From an uncultured Opitutia bacterium (GTDB taxonomy: Bacteria; Verrucomicrobiota; Verrucomicrobiia; Opitutales; Opitutaceae), in assembly GCA_903872505.1 (NCBI GenBank), contig CAIQKV010000042.1, forward strand, positions 1,139 to 65,138: a stretch of 64,000 bases of DNA. Direction: 5' to 3'. Under the pieces are notes generated by a model. It saw nothing but the letters and a program-made list of their open reading frames with translations. It had not been told where the DNA came from and did not search any database. Numbering within the stretch: position 1 is the first letter of the stretch; every line of letters starts with the position of its first letter. The position numbers and the translations under genes are program-made. Of this stretch, positions 49,393 through 57,589 are shown in pieces.

Positions 49393-50715
49393 TCAGCGCG
49401 GCGGCAGCACGTCGGCAAAGAGCGCCGGATTGCCCAGCACCGCGCGCACCAGGATCGAGGGATATTCGCAGTAGCCGCGCGGCCCGGTCAGGTCGACGCG
49501 CGGCACCTGCAGCGGATGGTAGCGCTCGTGCCAGAAACCGTCGCACTTGAGGCCCATCTGGCAGACCTTGAGCACCGACTCGCGCACGCGCTTCGTCTCG
49601 CCGCGTTTCACGCAGGCCTGCCATTCGAGGAACCACACCCGGCCCATCGCGGCCACATCGTACAGCGGGCCGTTGGGCACCTCGAACCCGACATCCTCAT
49701 GCGCGGAGACAAACTCCCACTCCTGGTACGTGAACGGCTTCGATACCGTCTGCGTCGGCATGTCGCCGTGCCAGAACGAGCGCTCGGCCATCATGCGCGG
49801 CCAGAGCGCGTCGGCCTGCGCGGGCGTCGCGACGTCGTGGGCCACCGCCGCCCAGTTCACGTCCGACAGGCCGTGCAGGTCGACCACGCCGCGCTCGGGA
49901 TGCACGTACTCCGCAAAATGGTCGCCGCGCCAGAACACCTCGCGGAACCGCGCCGCCAGCGTCTCCGCTTCCGCGGTCCAGCGGGCCGCGGCGGCCGCGT
50001 CGCCCCGGGCGGCGCACAGCGCCGCCATGCGCCGGAAGATGTGCACCGTGTAGCATTGGCCGACCCCGTCCCACTGGTGGCGCGGCGGCAGCTCGGTGTA
50101 GAAACCCGCGCCGGCGATCAGGCCGTTGGCACTCTTGCGCGAAAGCACGTGGCGCGCCGCCAGCTCAAGCGAGGGCAGCTTCGCCGCCAGCCACGCGCGG
50201 TCCTGCGTCGCCCCGAACAGCTCGTCGCCGAGCAGCACGTAGCTGACGGGGGCGAGGATGCTCAGCGGGTTGATGCCGGCGATCCAGTGGCTGTAGAGCC
50301 CGGCCCACTGGCGGGCCGGGTAGCCTTGGCGTTGCGGGTCGTACGGGAAAACATCCCGCGGCAGGCTCAGGCCCTTCAGGTAGGTGGTCAGGTTGTCGGG
50401 CGGCGGCTCGGCCGGAAACACCGCGAAGGGAATGTTGCCGTCGGCGCGCTGGCTCGCCTGCACAAAGTCGAAATAACCCCGCACGAGTTCCGCGCGGCCG
50501 AGCAGCAGGTAGGCGCCGGCCATCTGCCACGAGTCGAGCCCGGGCCACGTGTTCTCCGCGCCAAACCAATGGCCGTCGGCCACGATCATGAAGTGCCCCG
50601 GGTAGGCGCGCTCGGTCGCAGCCGGCTCCAGCGACTGCTTGATCGCGGCCGCCAAGCCCTGGCGGATGACCGCGGTTTCGTCGGCCGGTGCCAGCGGGGG
50701 AGTCGGGTCGGGCAT
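49393..50715 (-). CDS. six-hairpin (alpha/alpha)6-barrel glycosidase-like protein
   Basis: 440 aa. The repetitive helical pattern with conserved W/D/G (…GLDSWQMAGAYLLLGR…DGNIPFAVFP…) resembles GH63/GH15-like folds. The family assignment is tentative. Confidence 0.6.
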   Translation of the reverse strand: MPDPTPPLAPADETAVIRQGLAAAIKQSLEPAATERAYPGHFMIVADGHWFGAENTWPGLDSWQMAGAYLLLGRAELVRGYFDFVQASQRADGNIPFAVFPAEPPPDNLTTYLKGLSLPRDVFPYDPQRQGYPARQWAGLYSHWIAGINPLSILAPVSYVLLGDELFGATQDRAWLAAKLPSLELAARHVLSRKSANGLIAGAGFYTELPPRHQWDGVGQCYTVHIFRRMAALCAARGDAAAAARWTAEAETLAARFREVFWRGDHFAEYVHPERGVVDLHGLSDVNWAAVAHDVATPAQADALWPRMMAERSFWHGDMPTQTVSKPFTYQEWEFVSAHEDVGFEVPNGPLYDVAAMGRVWFLEWQACVKRGETKRVRESVLKVCQMGLKCDGFWHERYHPLQVPRVDLTGPRGYCEYPSILVRAVLGNPALFADVLPPR

Positions 50716-50718
50716 AAA

Positions 50719-51480
50719 TCAGGCCACGCTGCCCGTCGCGAAGCTCAGGATCGCGTCGTCGGGCGAGGTCGTGATCGGCACGGGCTTCCCGTGGCCCTTG
50801 CCGCCGTACGGGACGTTCGACAGCGCGTTGTAGCAGCAGATGTAGGCGCGGCGGTGTTTGTCCGAGAGGTTCGCCTCCGACGCGTGGAAGGTGTTGCCGT
50901 GGAAAAAAAGCGCACTGCCCGCCGGCGCCTCGCAATACTTCACGCCGAGCCGCTCGATCGCGGCGGCGACGCGCGCCTGGTCGGCGCCGGACTGTTGGCC
51001 CACCTGCCCGTGGTCGAAACGCCCGAGCAGGTGCGAGCCGGGGATCACCTTCAGGCAGCCGTTCTCCCTCGTCGCCGGGTCCAGCGCGACCATGCAGGAG
51101 ATCAGCCGCGGGTAGAGGCAGCCGTCGCCGTACCAGTAGCCGTAATCCTGGTGCCACTCCCACGCGCCGCCAACGCGCGCCTCCTTCAGCATCACCTTGC
51201 TATGCCAGTGGTACATATCCTCGCGCAGCAGCATCCGCGCGTTGTTCACGATCCGCGGGCTGGTGCTCACGGCGCCGAACACGTCGTTGCCCGCATCCAT
51301 CCACAGCGCCAGCTTGCTCGAGCGGCCGGTCGCGTCGGGCATGTCGCCGGTATGCTGCTTCACCTTGCCGTCCGTCGTGACATGGGCGAGCAGGATCTCG
51401 ATCTCCCGTGGCGTGAACACCTCGGGCACGAGCACATAACCGTCGCGATCGTAGGCCTGGACTTGATCAAGGGAGAGCAT
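50719..51480 (-). CDS. Fe(II)/2-oxoglutarate dioxygenase, PhyH/ectoine-hydroxylase-like
   Basis: 253 aa from the ATG at 51480 (MLSLDQVQAYDRDGYVLVPEVF). WEWHQDYGYW (HxD) and GNTFHASEAN (distal His) are present. Confidence 0.85.
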   Translation of the reverse strand: MLSLDQVQAYDRDGYVLVPEVFTPREIEILLAHVTTDGKVKQHTGDMPDATGRSSKLALWMDAGNDVFGAVSTSPRIVNNARMLLREDMYHWHSKVMLKEARVGGAWEWHQDYGYWYGDGCLYPRLISCMVALDPATRENGCLKVIPGSHLLGRFDHGQVGQQSGADQARVAAAIERLGVKYCEAPAGSALFFHGNTFHASEANLSDKHRRAYICCYNALSNVPYGGKGHGKPVPITTSPDDAILSFATGSVA

Positions 51481-51631
51481 GGCAATTCTCGGGTGGCAGC
51501 GGGGAAAATCCGATCGGGGTGACGGAAGCGCCGGCATCTTGCCGGGCCGCGCTTCCGCTGCAAGGCGCTTTCGCCCGGGGTGGTGATTCAGTTCGGATTT
51601 CGTAGGCCGCGAGCTTGCCCGCGCGCTCAAT

Positions 51632-51687
51632 GTAGCCACGAGCGTGAGCGAGTGGCCGAACCTCCACTCGCTCACGCTCGTGGCTAC
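51632..51687. repeat. REP-like palindromic element, family 1, copy 2
   Basis: Arms GTAGCCACGAGCGTGAGCGAGTGG / CCACTCGCTCACGCTCGTGGCTAC form a perfect 24-bp stem. Loop is CCGAACCT. It lies 74 nt downstream of the stop of the gene at 51761-52801. Confidence 0.9.
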
Positions 51688-51760
51688 CGGAACATGACCG
51701 GCAAAGCGCCTGCGAGCAGGCGGCCTACCCGCCAAACTGACACCATCAATTTGCCCGGTC

Positions 51761-52801
51761 CTACTCCCGCGCCCCGCGCGCCGCGCCGATCAGCGCGTCG
51801 ACATTGGCAAACGGCGTCTCCACCGCGAGCGTGCACCCCGAGCTGAGCACAAAGCGCCGGTGGCCGGCCGCGGCCACGGCGGCCAGCGCCGCCCGCGCCG
51901 CCTGCCGCACCCGGGCCGGGTCGCCCCGCGCGAGCACCCCGACCGGGTCGAGGTTGCCCCACAGCGCCATGCCCGGGCCCACGGCGCGGCACGCCTGTCC
52001 CAAGTCCGTGCGGTGGTCGATCTCGAGCCCGTCGGCACCGCTGCGCGCCATGTCGGCGAGGATCGGCCCGGCGTCGCCGCAGATGTGCAGCGAGACGGGC
52101 TTGTTCGTCGCGGCCTGCAGCCCGGCGATCAGCCGCTGCTCGAACGGCAGGGCGACTTCGCGGTAGCGCCGCGGCCCGATCAGCCCGGCCGGCGAGTCGC
52201 CGCCGGTCAGCACGTCGGCGCCGGCCGCCGCCAGCGCGCGGCCGTAGGCGAGCCCGTATTCGGCGCAGCGCTCCATCAGCGCCCGCACGAACGCCGGGTC
52301 GTCGTTGAGCGCCAGCATGATCTGGTTGATGCCCATGAGCGCGGCCGCGAGGGAGAACGGGTACTGGTCAAAGCAGGCCACGACCGCGACGTCGCGGCCG
52401 AGCGCCGCCACCACGCGCTGCAGCGCCTCCAGCATCAGCGGATACCGGCCCTGTTTTTCCGGATCGGGCGGCGGGATGCGCCGGAGATCCGCCGCGGTCT
52501 GCACGAACGGCTCCCCCAGCCCGCCCCACGGCTGGTCCTCGGTCAACGGCCCCACCCGCGCGCCCATCGCCTGCGCGCTCACCCAGGTGTCCGCCGAAAC
52601 GCAGACCGCGTCCGGCCGGAACCGCTCATAGGTCCGGATCACGCAGTCGGCCAGCGTCCGGGCGTCGCCCGTGAAGCGATGCAATGAAACACCCCCCACC
52701 CGCGCGCAAAAATGCACCGTGAGCGGCGCAACCGGCACACGCGGGACCGGCTCGCCCCTCAGGGCCGCCAGAAGAAGTTGCTTGGAGGTCAGGTCCGGCA
52801 T
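51761..52801 (-). CDS. URO-D family protein (MtaA/uroporphyrinogen-decarboxylase-like), paralog 1
   Basis: 346 aa from the ATG at 52801 (MPDLTSKQLLLAALRGEPVPRVPVAP), with …LALNDDPAFVRAL…, SLHICGDAG and …LSSGCTLAVETP. Confidence 0.8.
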   Translation of the reverse strand: MPDLTSKQLLLAALRGEPVPRVPVAPLTVHFCARVGGVSLHRFTGDARTLADCVIRTYERFRPDAVCVSADTWVSAQAMGARVGPLTEDQPWGGLGEPFVQTAADLRRIPPPDPEKQGRYPLMLEALQRVVAALGRDVAVVACFDQYPFSLAAALMGINQIMLALNDDPAFVRALMERCAEYGLAYGRALAAAGADVLTGGDSPAGLIGPRRYREVALPFEQRLIAGLQAATNKPVSLHICGDAGPILADMARSGADGLEIDHRTDLGQACRAVGPGMALWGNLDPVGVLARGDPARVRQAARAALAAVAAAGHRRFVLSSGCTLAVETPFANVDALIGAARGARE

Positions 52802-52961
52802 GGAGCGTGAAGCCAAAGACGACCGCAGCTTGCTTCCGTGGATTTGGACCGCAAGGCGCATCCGGCCGGGGATGGACCGAAATTGCCCGCCCCCACCACC
52901 GTCGCCAGTCGCGAAAATCGGCCCGGAGGCAGGACGCCGTGGCCGCCCGGTCCGGGCTTCC

Positions 52962-54533
52962 TCAGGCGTTCATGTCCGCCCAGCGCCGCGCCATGCGGCC
53001 GAAGATCCACAGGCCCACCGACGCCACGACGCCGATGCACGCGAAGGGCAGCCAGACGTAATGCGGGTGATAGGTGTTCCACAGCAACTGTGTGGCCCCG
53101 ACCGGGTCCAAGCCCGTCAGCTCCTGCAGCTTCACCATCGCGCCGGTGCGCTTCAGCCCCAGCGTGGCCTCGAGCGTCGCCATGTCGCCGTTCCAGCCCC
53201 GTCCCTGGCCGAACGGCGTGTGCTCGGCGATGTAGCGCAGCGCCAGCACCGCCTTCTCGCCGAAGCGCCCATACACGTAGCCGGCGATCGTCGAGCCGAG
53301 GTAAACGCCGACGCCGACCGGGATGTTCACGTAGCCGAGATAGAGGCCCTTCTTCCCCGGCGGCGCGATCAGCGCGAGGTATTCGCTCTTCTTCGGTCCG
53401 GTCGCCATCTCCCCCAGCGAGAAGAACACGATGCCCAGCACCAGCAGCCAGCCGCTCTGCGTCCAGCCCGCCACCAGCACGCCCACGACCGCCAGGATCA
53501 TGCCGATCAGCATCGACTCCAGCGTGCGCATTTTCCGCGTCAGCCAGGCCACGCCCACGACGCCGAGGATGATGAAGAACGAATTGGCGCTCAGCAGGAC
53601 CTGCTGCGGGATCATCGGCCCGCGCGCGGTCTGCTCGATCAGCGCCCGCTGCAGGAGGTCCGGCGCCCAGTGGAGCATCGCCGCCATCGGCCGGCTGTCC
53701 ACCCAGTCGGCGATGAAGTTCGGCTGCAGGTCCCAGAGCTGGTACATCATCAGCCAGAAACAGGACATGATCGCCATCCACGCGAGCAGCCGCCGCTCGA
53801 GGATGTTCGTCACCGTGCGCCACAGGACCTGGCCGATGGACTCGGTCTTGGACGCCCCCGAGGGTACGTCCCGAAACGTCAGCAGCAGCACGAGGTTGAA
53901 CGACGTGAAGAAAGCCGACGCGAGGAACAGGTTGCGCCACGCCTCGCGGGAATTGGCCACGGCGTGCAACGGCCCGGGCAGGACCGCGCTCAACGTCAGC
54001 AGGATCGAGGGCAGGTAATGGCCGATGAACGCGCCGACGTTGACGACCCAGTAAAACACGCCCCAGCCGACCGAGGTCCGCCCCGCCGGCATGCTGTGCG
54101 CCAGCGAACCCTGGATGCACGGCTTGAAGAACGCCGTGCCGGTCGCGAGCGTCATGATGCCGAGGAAGAGCGCCCAGAAATTGCTCAGGAACGCCACGTC
54201 GCGCAGCCCCGCGATCATCAGGTAGCCGGCCATCATCAGCACGATGGAGAACCCGAGCACGCGCTTGTAGCCGTAGCGGTCCGCGAAACCGCCCGTCACG
54301 ATCGGCAGCAGCGACTGGAACGCCGCCCACCACGCGTAGATCACCCCCTTGTCCATCGCCGTGAGGTGGAGCCCGCCGGGGTTGTCCGCCTGCATGATGT
54401 AGATCGGCGCCATCACCCGCAGGTTGTAGAAGGCGAGCCGCTCCCACATCTCGATCGAGTTCAGGATCCAGAAGGTGCGGCCGAATTTCGGCGCGGGGTG
54501 CGGGACGGCGGGGGTGGCCGGAGGGTTTCCCAT
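52962..54533 (-). CDS. MFS transporter, divergent POT/PTR2-like
   Basis: 523 aa from the ATG at 54533 (MGNPPATPAV), with IEMWERLAFYNLRVMAPIYI, GGFADRYGYKR, FFKPCIQGS and ~12-14 TM segments. Confidence 0.75.
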   Translation of the reverse strand: MGNPPATPAVPHPAPKFGRTFWILNSIEMWERLAFYNLRVMAPIYIMQADNPGGLHLTAMDKGVIYAWWAAFQSLLPIVTGGFADRYGYKRVLGFSIVLMMAGYLMIAGLRDVAFLSNFWALFLGIMTLATGTAFFKPCIQGSLAHSMPAGRTSVGWGVFYWVVNVGAFIGHYLPSILLTLSAVLPGPLHAVANSREAWRNLFLASAFFTSFNLVLLLTFRDVPSGASKTESIGQVLWRTVTNILERRLLAWMAIMSCFWLMMYQLWDLQPNFIADWVDSRPMAAMLHWAPDLLQRALIEQTARGPMIPQQVLLSANSFFIILGVVGVAWLTRKMRTLESMLIGMILAVVGVLVAGWTQSGWLLVLGIVFFSLGEMATGPKKSEYLALIAPPGKKGLYLGYVNIPVGVGVYLGSTIAGYVYGRFGEKAVLALRYIAEHTPFGQGRGWNGDMATLEATLGLKRTGAMVKLQELTGLDPVGATQLLWNTYHPHYVWLPFACIGVVASVGLWIFGRMARRWADMNA

Positions 54534-54607
54534 GACGGGTGAACGTGGCGCGGGCGCGGCCCCGAGCGCAAGACCGTTGTCGCCGGCGCACCGCCGGCCC
54601 GGACCCG

Positions 54608-55270
54608 CTATTTCCCGCCGGCCGCCCGGAGCAGCGCGGCGATCTCCCGGTTGCCGGCCTGCTCGGCGTGCGCCAGCGGGGTCACGCCTTGGTGATCGGG
54701 CAGGTTGGGATCGGCCCCGGCGGCCAGCAGCCGGCGCGCGATCTCGGTGTGGACCGGCCCGCGGCCCTGCTTCATCGCCGTCTCCATCAGCGCCGTCCAG
54801 CCGAGGCGGTTGACGTGGTTCACGTCGATTTTCGTCTGCAGCAGGACCTTCACATTCTCGAGGTGGCCCTTCTCGCAGGCCGGGATCAGCGCCGTCCCGC
54901 CGAACCGGTTCGTGCTCTGCAGGTCGGCGCCGGCCGCGAGCGTGAGCTTCAGGATTTCCAGCCGGCCCTCGGCCCCGGCGTAGAGGTACGGGCTGTCCTG
55001 GAGGTTGTCCTTCGCGTTGACGTCCGAACCCGCGGCCACGAGCAGCGCCGCCGCCCCGACCCGGTTGGCATGCGTCGCCGCCATCAGCGCCGTCCAGCCA
55101 TGCTCGTCCCGCGCGCCCACGCTGGCCCCGTGCGCCAGCCATGTCTGCACCAGCGCCACGTCGCCGCCCGCCGCCGCGGCGATCAGCTGCTGGTCGGCCG
55201 TGGGCGGGATGGCCGCGCCGGCCGCCATCACCGGCAGACAGACCAGCGCAAGAGTGAGGAATTTTCTCAT
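54608..55270 (-). CDS. secreted ankyrin-repeat protein
   Basis: 220 aa from the ATG at 55270, with signal peptide MRKFLTLALVCLPVMAAGAA. About 5 ANK repeats (GWTALMAATHANRVGAAALLVAAGSDVN, GGTALIPACEKGHLENVKVLL, GWTALMETA…, GVTPLAHAEQAGNREIAALL). Confidence 0.85.
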   Translation of the reverse strand: MRKFLTLALVCLPVMAAGAAIPPTADQQLIAAAAGGDVALVQTWLAHGASVGARDEHGWTALMAATHANRVGAAALLVAAGSDVNAKDNLQDSPYLYAGAEGRLEILKLTLAAGADLQSTNRFGGTALIPACEKGHLENVKVLLQTKIDVNHVNRLGWTALMETAMKQGRGPVHTEIARRLLAAGADPNLPDHQGVTPLAHAEQAGNREIAALLRAAGGK

Positions 55271-55368
55271 GGGGCGGATCGGTGGGCGCCCAGCATTGGG
55301 AAAAACCGCCCGCTGGCACTGCATAAATTCACCCGCCACCGCGGTGGGATGGAGTCGCTGACCCGGCC

Positions 55369-56346
55369 TCAGACGCTCCGTGCGTCCACCGGCGCGTCCT
55401 GATACCAGTAGGTGACGATACCAAAGCGCACCTGCCCGTTGCCCTCGGCCCGGGCGCGGAGCAGTTGCTCATTATGAATCTCGTCCCGGTAGTTGATCCG
55501 GGCCACCAGGGAGGAGGAGAATCGCACCGGGTCGTTGAGCAGGAACCGGTAGCAGGCCAGCCGGGTCTCGCCGTCCTGATCCCGCAGGAAGGTGGTCCCG
55601 GAATAGTCGTCCGCCCAGAGCTGGTTCCAGCTCCAGCTGAAGCCGAAGAAATCCTCCGTGCCGAGGTAGATGCAGGTCGGATCGGTGGCGCCGTCGACCC
55701 GGAATTCGTCGTTGCCTTCGCAGATGCCCTGGCACCCCGCGAACTGCGGGCAACGGGTCACTGCGGTCAGGTGGCAGCCGAGGAAGTGCCCGCGGCCCCG
55801 GGTATTCAGCAACGGCACTTCGTCGTCCGGCAGGGACACGGTGCGGTCGAGCCACCGCGCATGAAAATACCCGGTGTCCGCTTCCCAGGTGGGCAGCGCC
55901 TCGGCCGTCACATAGCCGTAGCCGGTCACGGTCTGAACCGTGGTGTTCACCAGCGAGAGTTCCACGCCGCGCTGGAATGGCATGGGCAGGTAGCAGAACA
56001 GCGAGTTCGTCGGCCGCTTGGCCATCGCGAGGCTGCTGTACGCCATGGACTCGCCGCCGAACGAGTCGCCGAAGAAATCACCCACCGGCGCATGCACCGA
56101 CGCAAAGGGCTGGCCATCGTAGCGGACCTCGAGAAAGACCCCGCGCTGCAGTTCCGCGCGGTTGCCGCCGGTGATGTTGAGGGTGAGGTGAATCGTGCGC
56201 ACGACTCCCGGCCCGGCAAACCGCCCCAGCTCGATCCGGCCATGCGGCGCCAAGTCCGGCAACTCCGGATACGCGTCCCAGTGCCACAGGCTGTTTTGCA
56301 TCAGCGATCGATAGGGCCGGAGTTTGCAGATTTCCGCGGGATTCAT
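55369..56346 (-). CDS. DUF2961 / GH172-family protein
   Basis: 325 aa from the ATG at 56346, with …FLEVRYDGQ…APVGDFFG…LPMPF…GRGHFLGCHL…CEGNDEFRVDG…GTEDFFGFSW…. Confidence 0.75.
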   Translation of the reverse strand: MNPAEICKLRPYRSLMQNSLWHWDAYPELPDLAPHGRIELGRFAGPGVVRTIHLTLNITGGNRAELQRGVFLEVRYDGQPFASVHAPVGDFFGDSFGGESMAYSSLAMAKRPTNSLFCYLPMPFQRGVELSLVNTTVQTVTGYGYVTAEALPTWEADTGYFHARWLDRTVSLPDDEVPLLNTRGRGHFLGCHLTAVTRCPQFAGCQGICEGNDEFRVDGATDPTCIYLGTEDFFGFSWSWNQLWADDYSGTTFLRDQDGETRLACYRFLLNDPVRFSSSLVARINYRDEIHNEQLLRARAEGNGQVRFGIVTYWYQDAPVDARSV

Positions 56347-56470
56347 CGTGATATTTGCCACCGCGTTGCCGGCAGGATGCGCACCGGCCGCGATGGTGCG
56401 AACCAGGCTAGGCCGCCGTCGTCCGCGGTCGAGATTTTGCTGCAACCGCAGATCGGGTGCCCGGCTCCGC

Positions 56471-57589
56471 TCACTCCGGCCGGCCGCCGTAGTGCCGGCA
56501 CAACTCGGCGACCTGCACGATCCGCTCCCACGGCGTCGTGATCGCGGTCTGGCAGGCGGCCGCAAACACGAAGCTGTCCAGTCCGCGGAGACGCGGGAAA
56601 AAATCCGCGTAAAACCGCCGCACCTCGTCGTCGGTCATGAGCACCTGCTCCCGGGCGGAAAAGCCGCCGTCGTAGATGAATCCCTTGGGCATCGCGAATG
56701 CATCCTCCACGGTCCAGTCGCCGAAGGGCGGGTGCGCCATGCCGTCGAGCCCGTCCAGGCCCGCGGCGACAAACGCGGGCATCAGCCGGTGCAGCTTGCC
56801 GCAGGCATGGACCAGCACGCGTTTGCCGTGGGCGTGAAACAGGTCGGCGGCCTCGCGGATGTACCGCACCCAGTAGCGCTCGATGATTCCACCCGGGGGA
56901 TAAAACGGCGCATCGACGTTGTCCGCCCCGAAGCAGATCACCTCCACGCTGGGATCCGGGGCCATCTCGACCAGCACCGGCCACAGCCGGCTCCAGTACA
57001 GGTCGCAGACCTCCTGCGCCGCCGCGGGATGGTCCATGATGAACAGGCAGGCGCCATCCAGCCCGAAGTCGATGTGCAGGCGCTTCAGCGGCGTATGGGG
57101 CACCGACGCCATCACGACGCCGTCGTCCCCGATCGTCCGGCAGGTCTGGGCGTAGATTTCCCGGTCCCAGCTGAAGGTCAGGCGCTCCAGCATCCAGAGA
57201 TACGCCCGGCGGTCCTGCGGCCAGTCCTTGATGAGATCCTCCACGGCGTAGCTCGCCGTATACTGCGTCTGTTCCTCCCGGAGCCGGCTGAGGACGCCAT
57301 GCGGGGTGCGCAGCGTGTCCGTGGTGCGCGGTCCGAGCGCACCCGTGTCCGTCGTCGTCTGCCACGCCGCTCCCTCCAGGCGGTCCACCACGCCCGACGG
57401 ATTGCGGATGAACAGGTCGCAGCCCAGCCGCCGCATGACGTCGATGCTGTCGCGGGCCTCCGCCACCACCGCGGGCAGGGTGCCAAAATTCCGGTGGTGC
57501 AGGAACCACTGCCCGACGTTGAGGGAGCACGGAATCCACGCCGGCCGCTCGCCGCGCAGCACGCGCTGGAGATTTTCACGTTTCGTCAT
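56471..57589 (-). CDS. URO-D-like family protein, paralog 2 (divergent)
   Basis: 372 aa: MTKRENLQRVLRGERPAWIP…, …VLVHACGKLHRLMPAFVAAGLDGLDG…, …FAAACQTAITTP. Overall layout matches the URO-D-like TIM barrel. Confidence 0.7.
   Translation of the reverse strand: MTKRENLQRVLRGERPAWIPCSLNVGQWFLHHRNFGTLPAVVAEARDSIDVMRRLGCDLFIRNPSGVVDRLEGAAWQTTTDTGALGPRTTDTLRTPHGVLSRLREEQTQYTASYAVEDLIKDWPQDRRAYLWMLERLTFSWDREIYAQTCRTIGDDGVVMASVPHTPLKRLHIDFGLDGACLFIMDHPAAAQEVCDLYWSRLWPVLVEMAPDPSVEVICFGADNVDAPFYPPGGIIERYWVRYIREAADLFHAHGKRVLVHACGKLHRLMPAFVAAGLDGLDGMAHPPFGDWTVEDAFAMPKGFIYDGGFSAREQVLMTDDEVRRFYADFFPRLRGLDSFVFAAACQTAITTPWERIVQVAELCRHYGGRPE

Noticed and set aside
55336-55347. Perfect 12-nt palindrome CCACCGCGGTGG downstream of the DUF2961 gene.
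   Set aside because: It is short, has no T-run and occurs only once. It is compatible with chance in GC-rich DNA.
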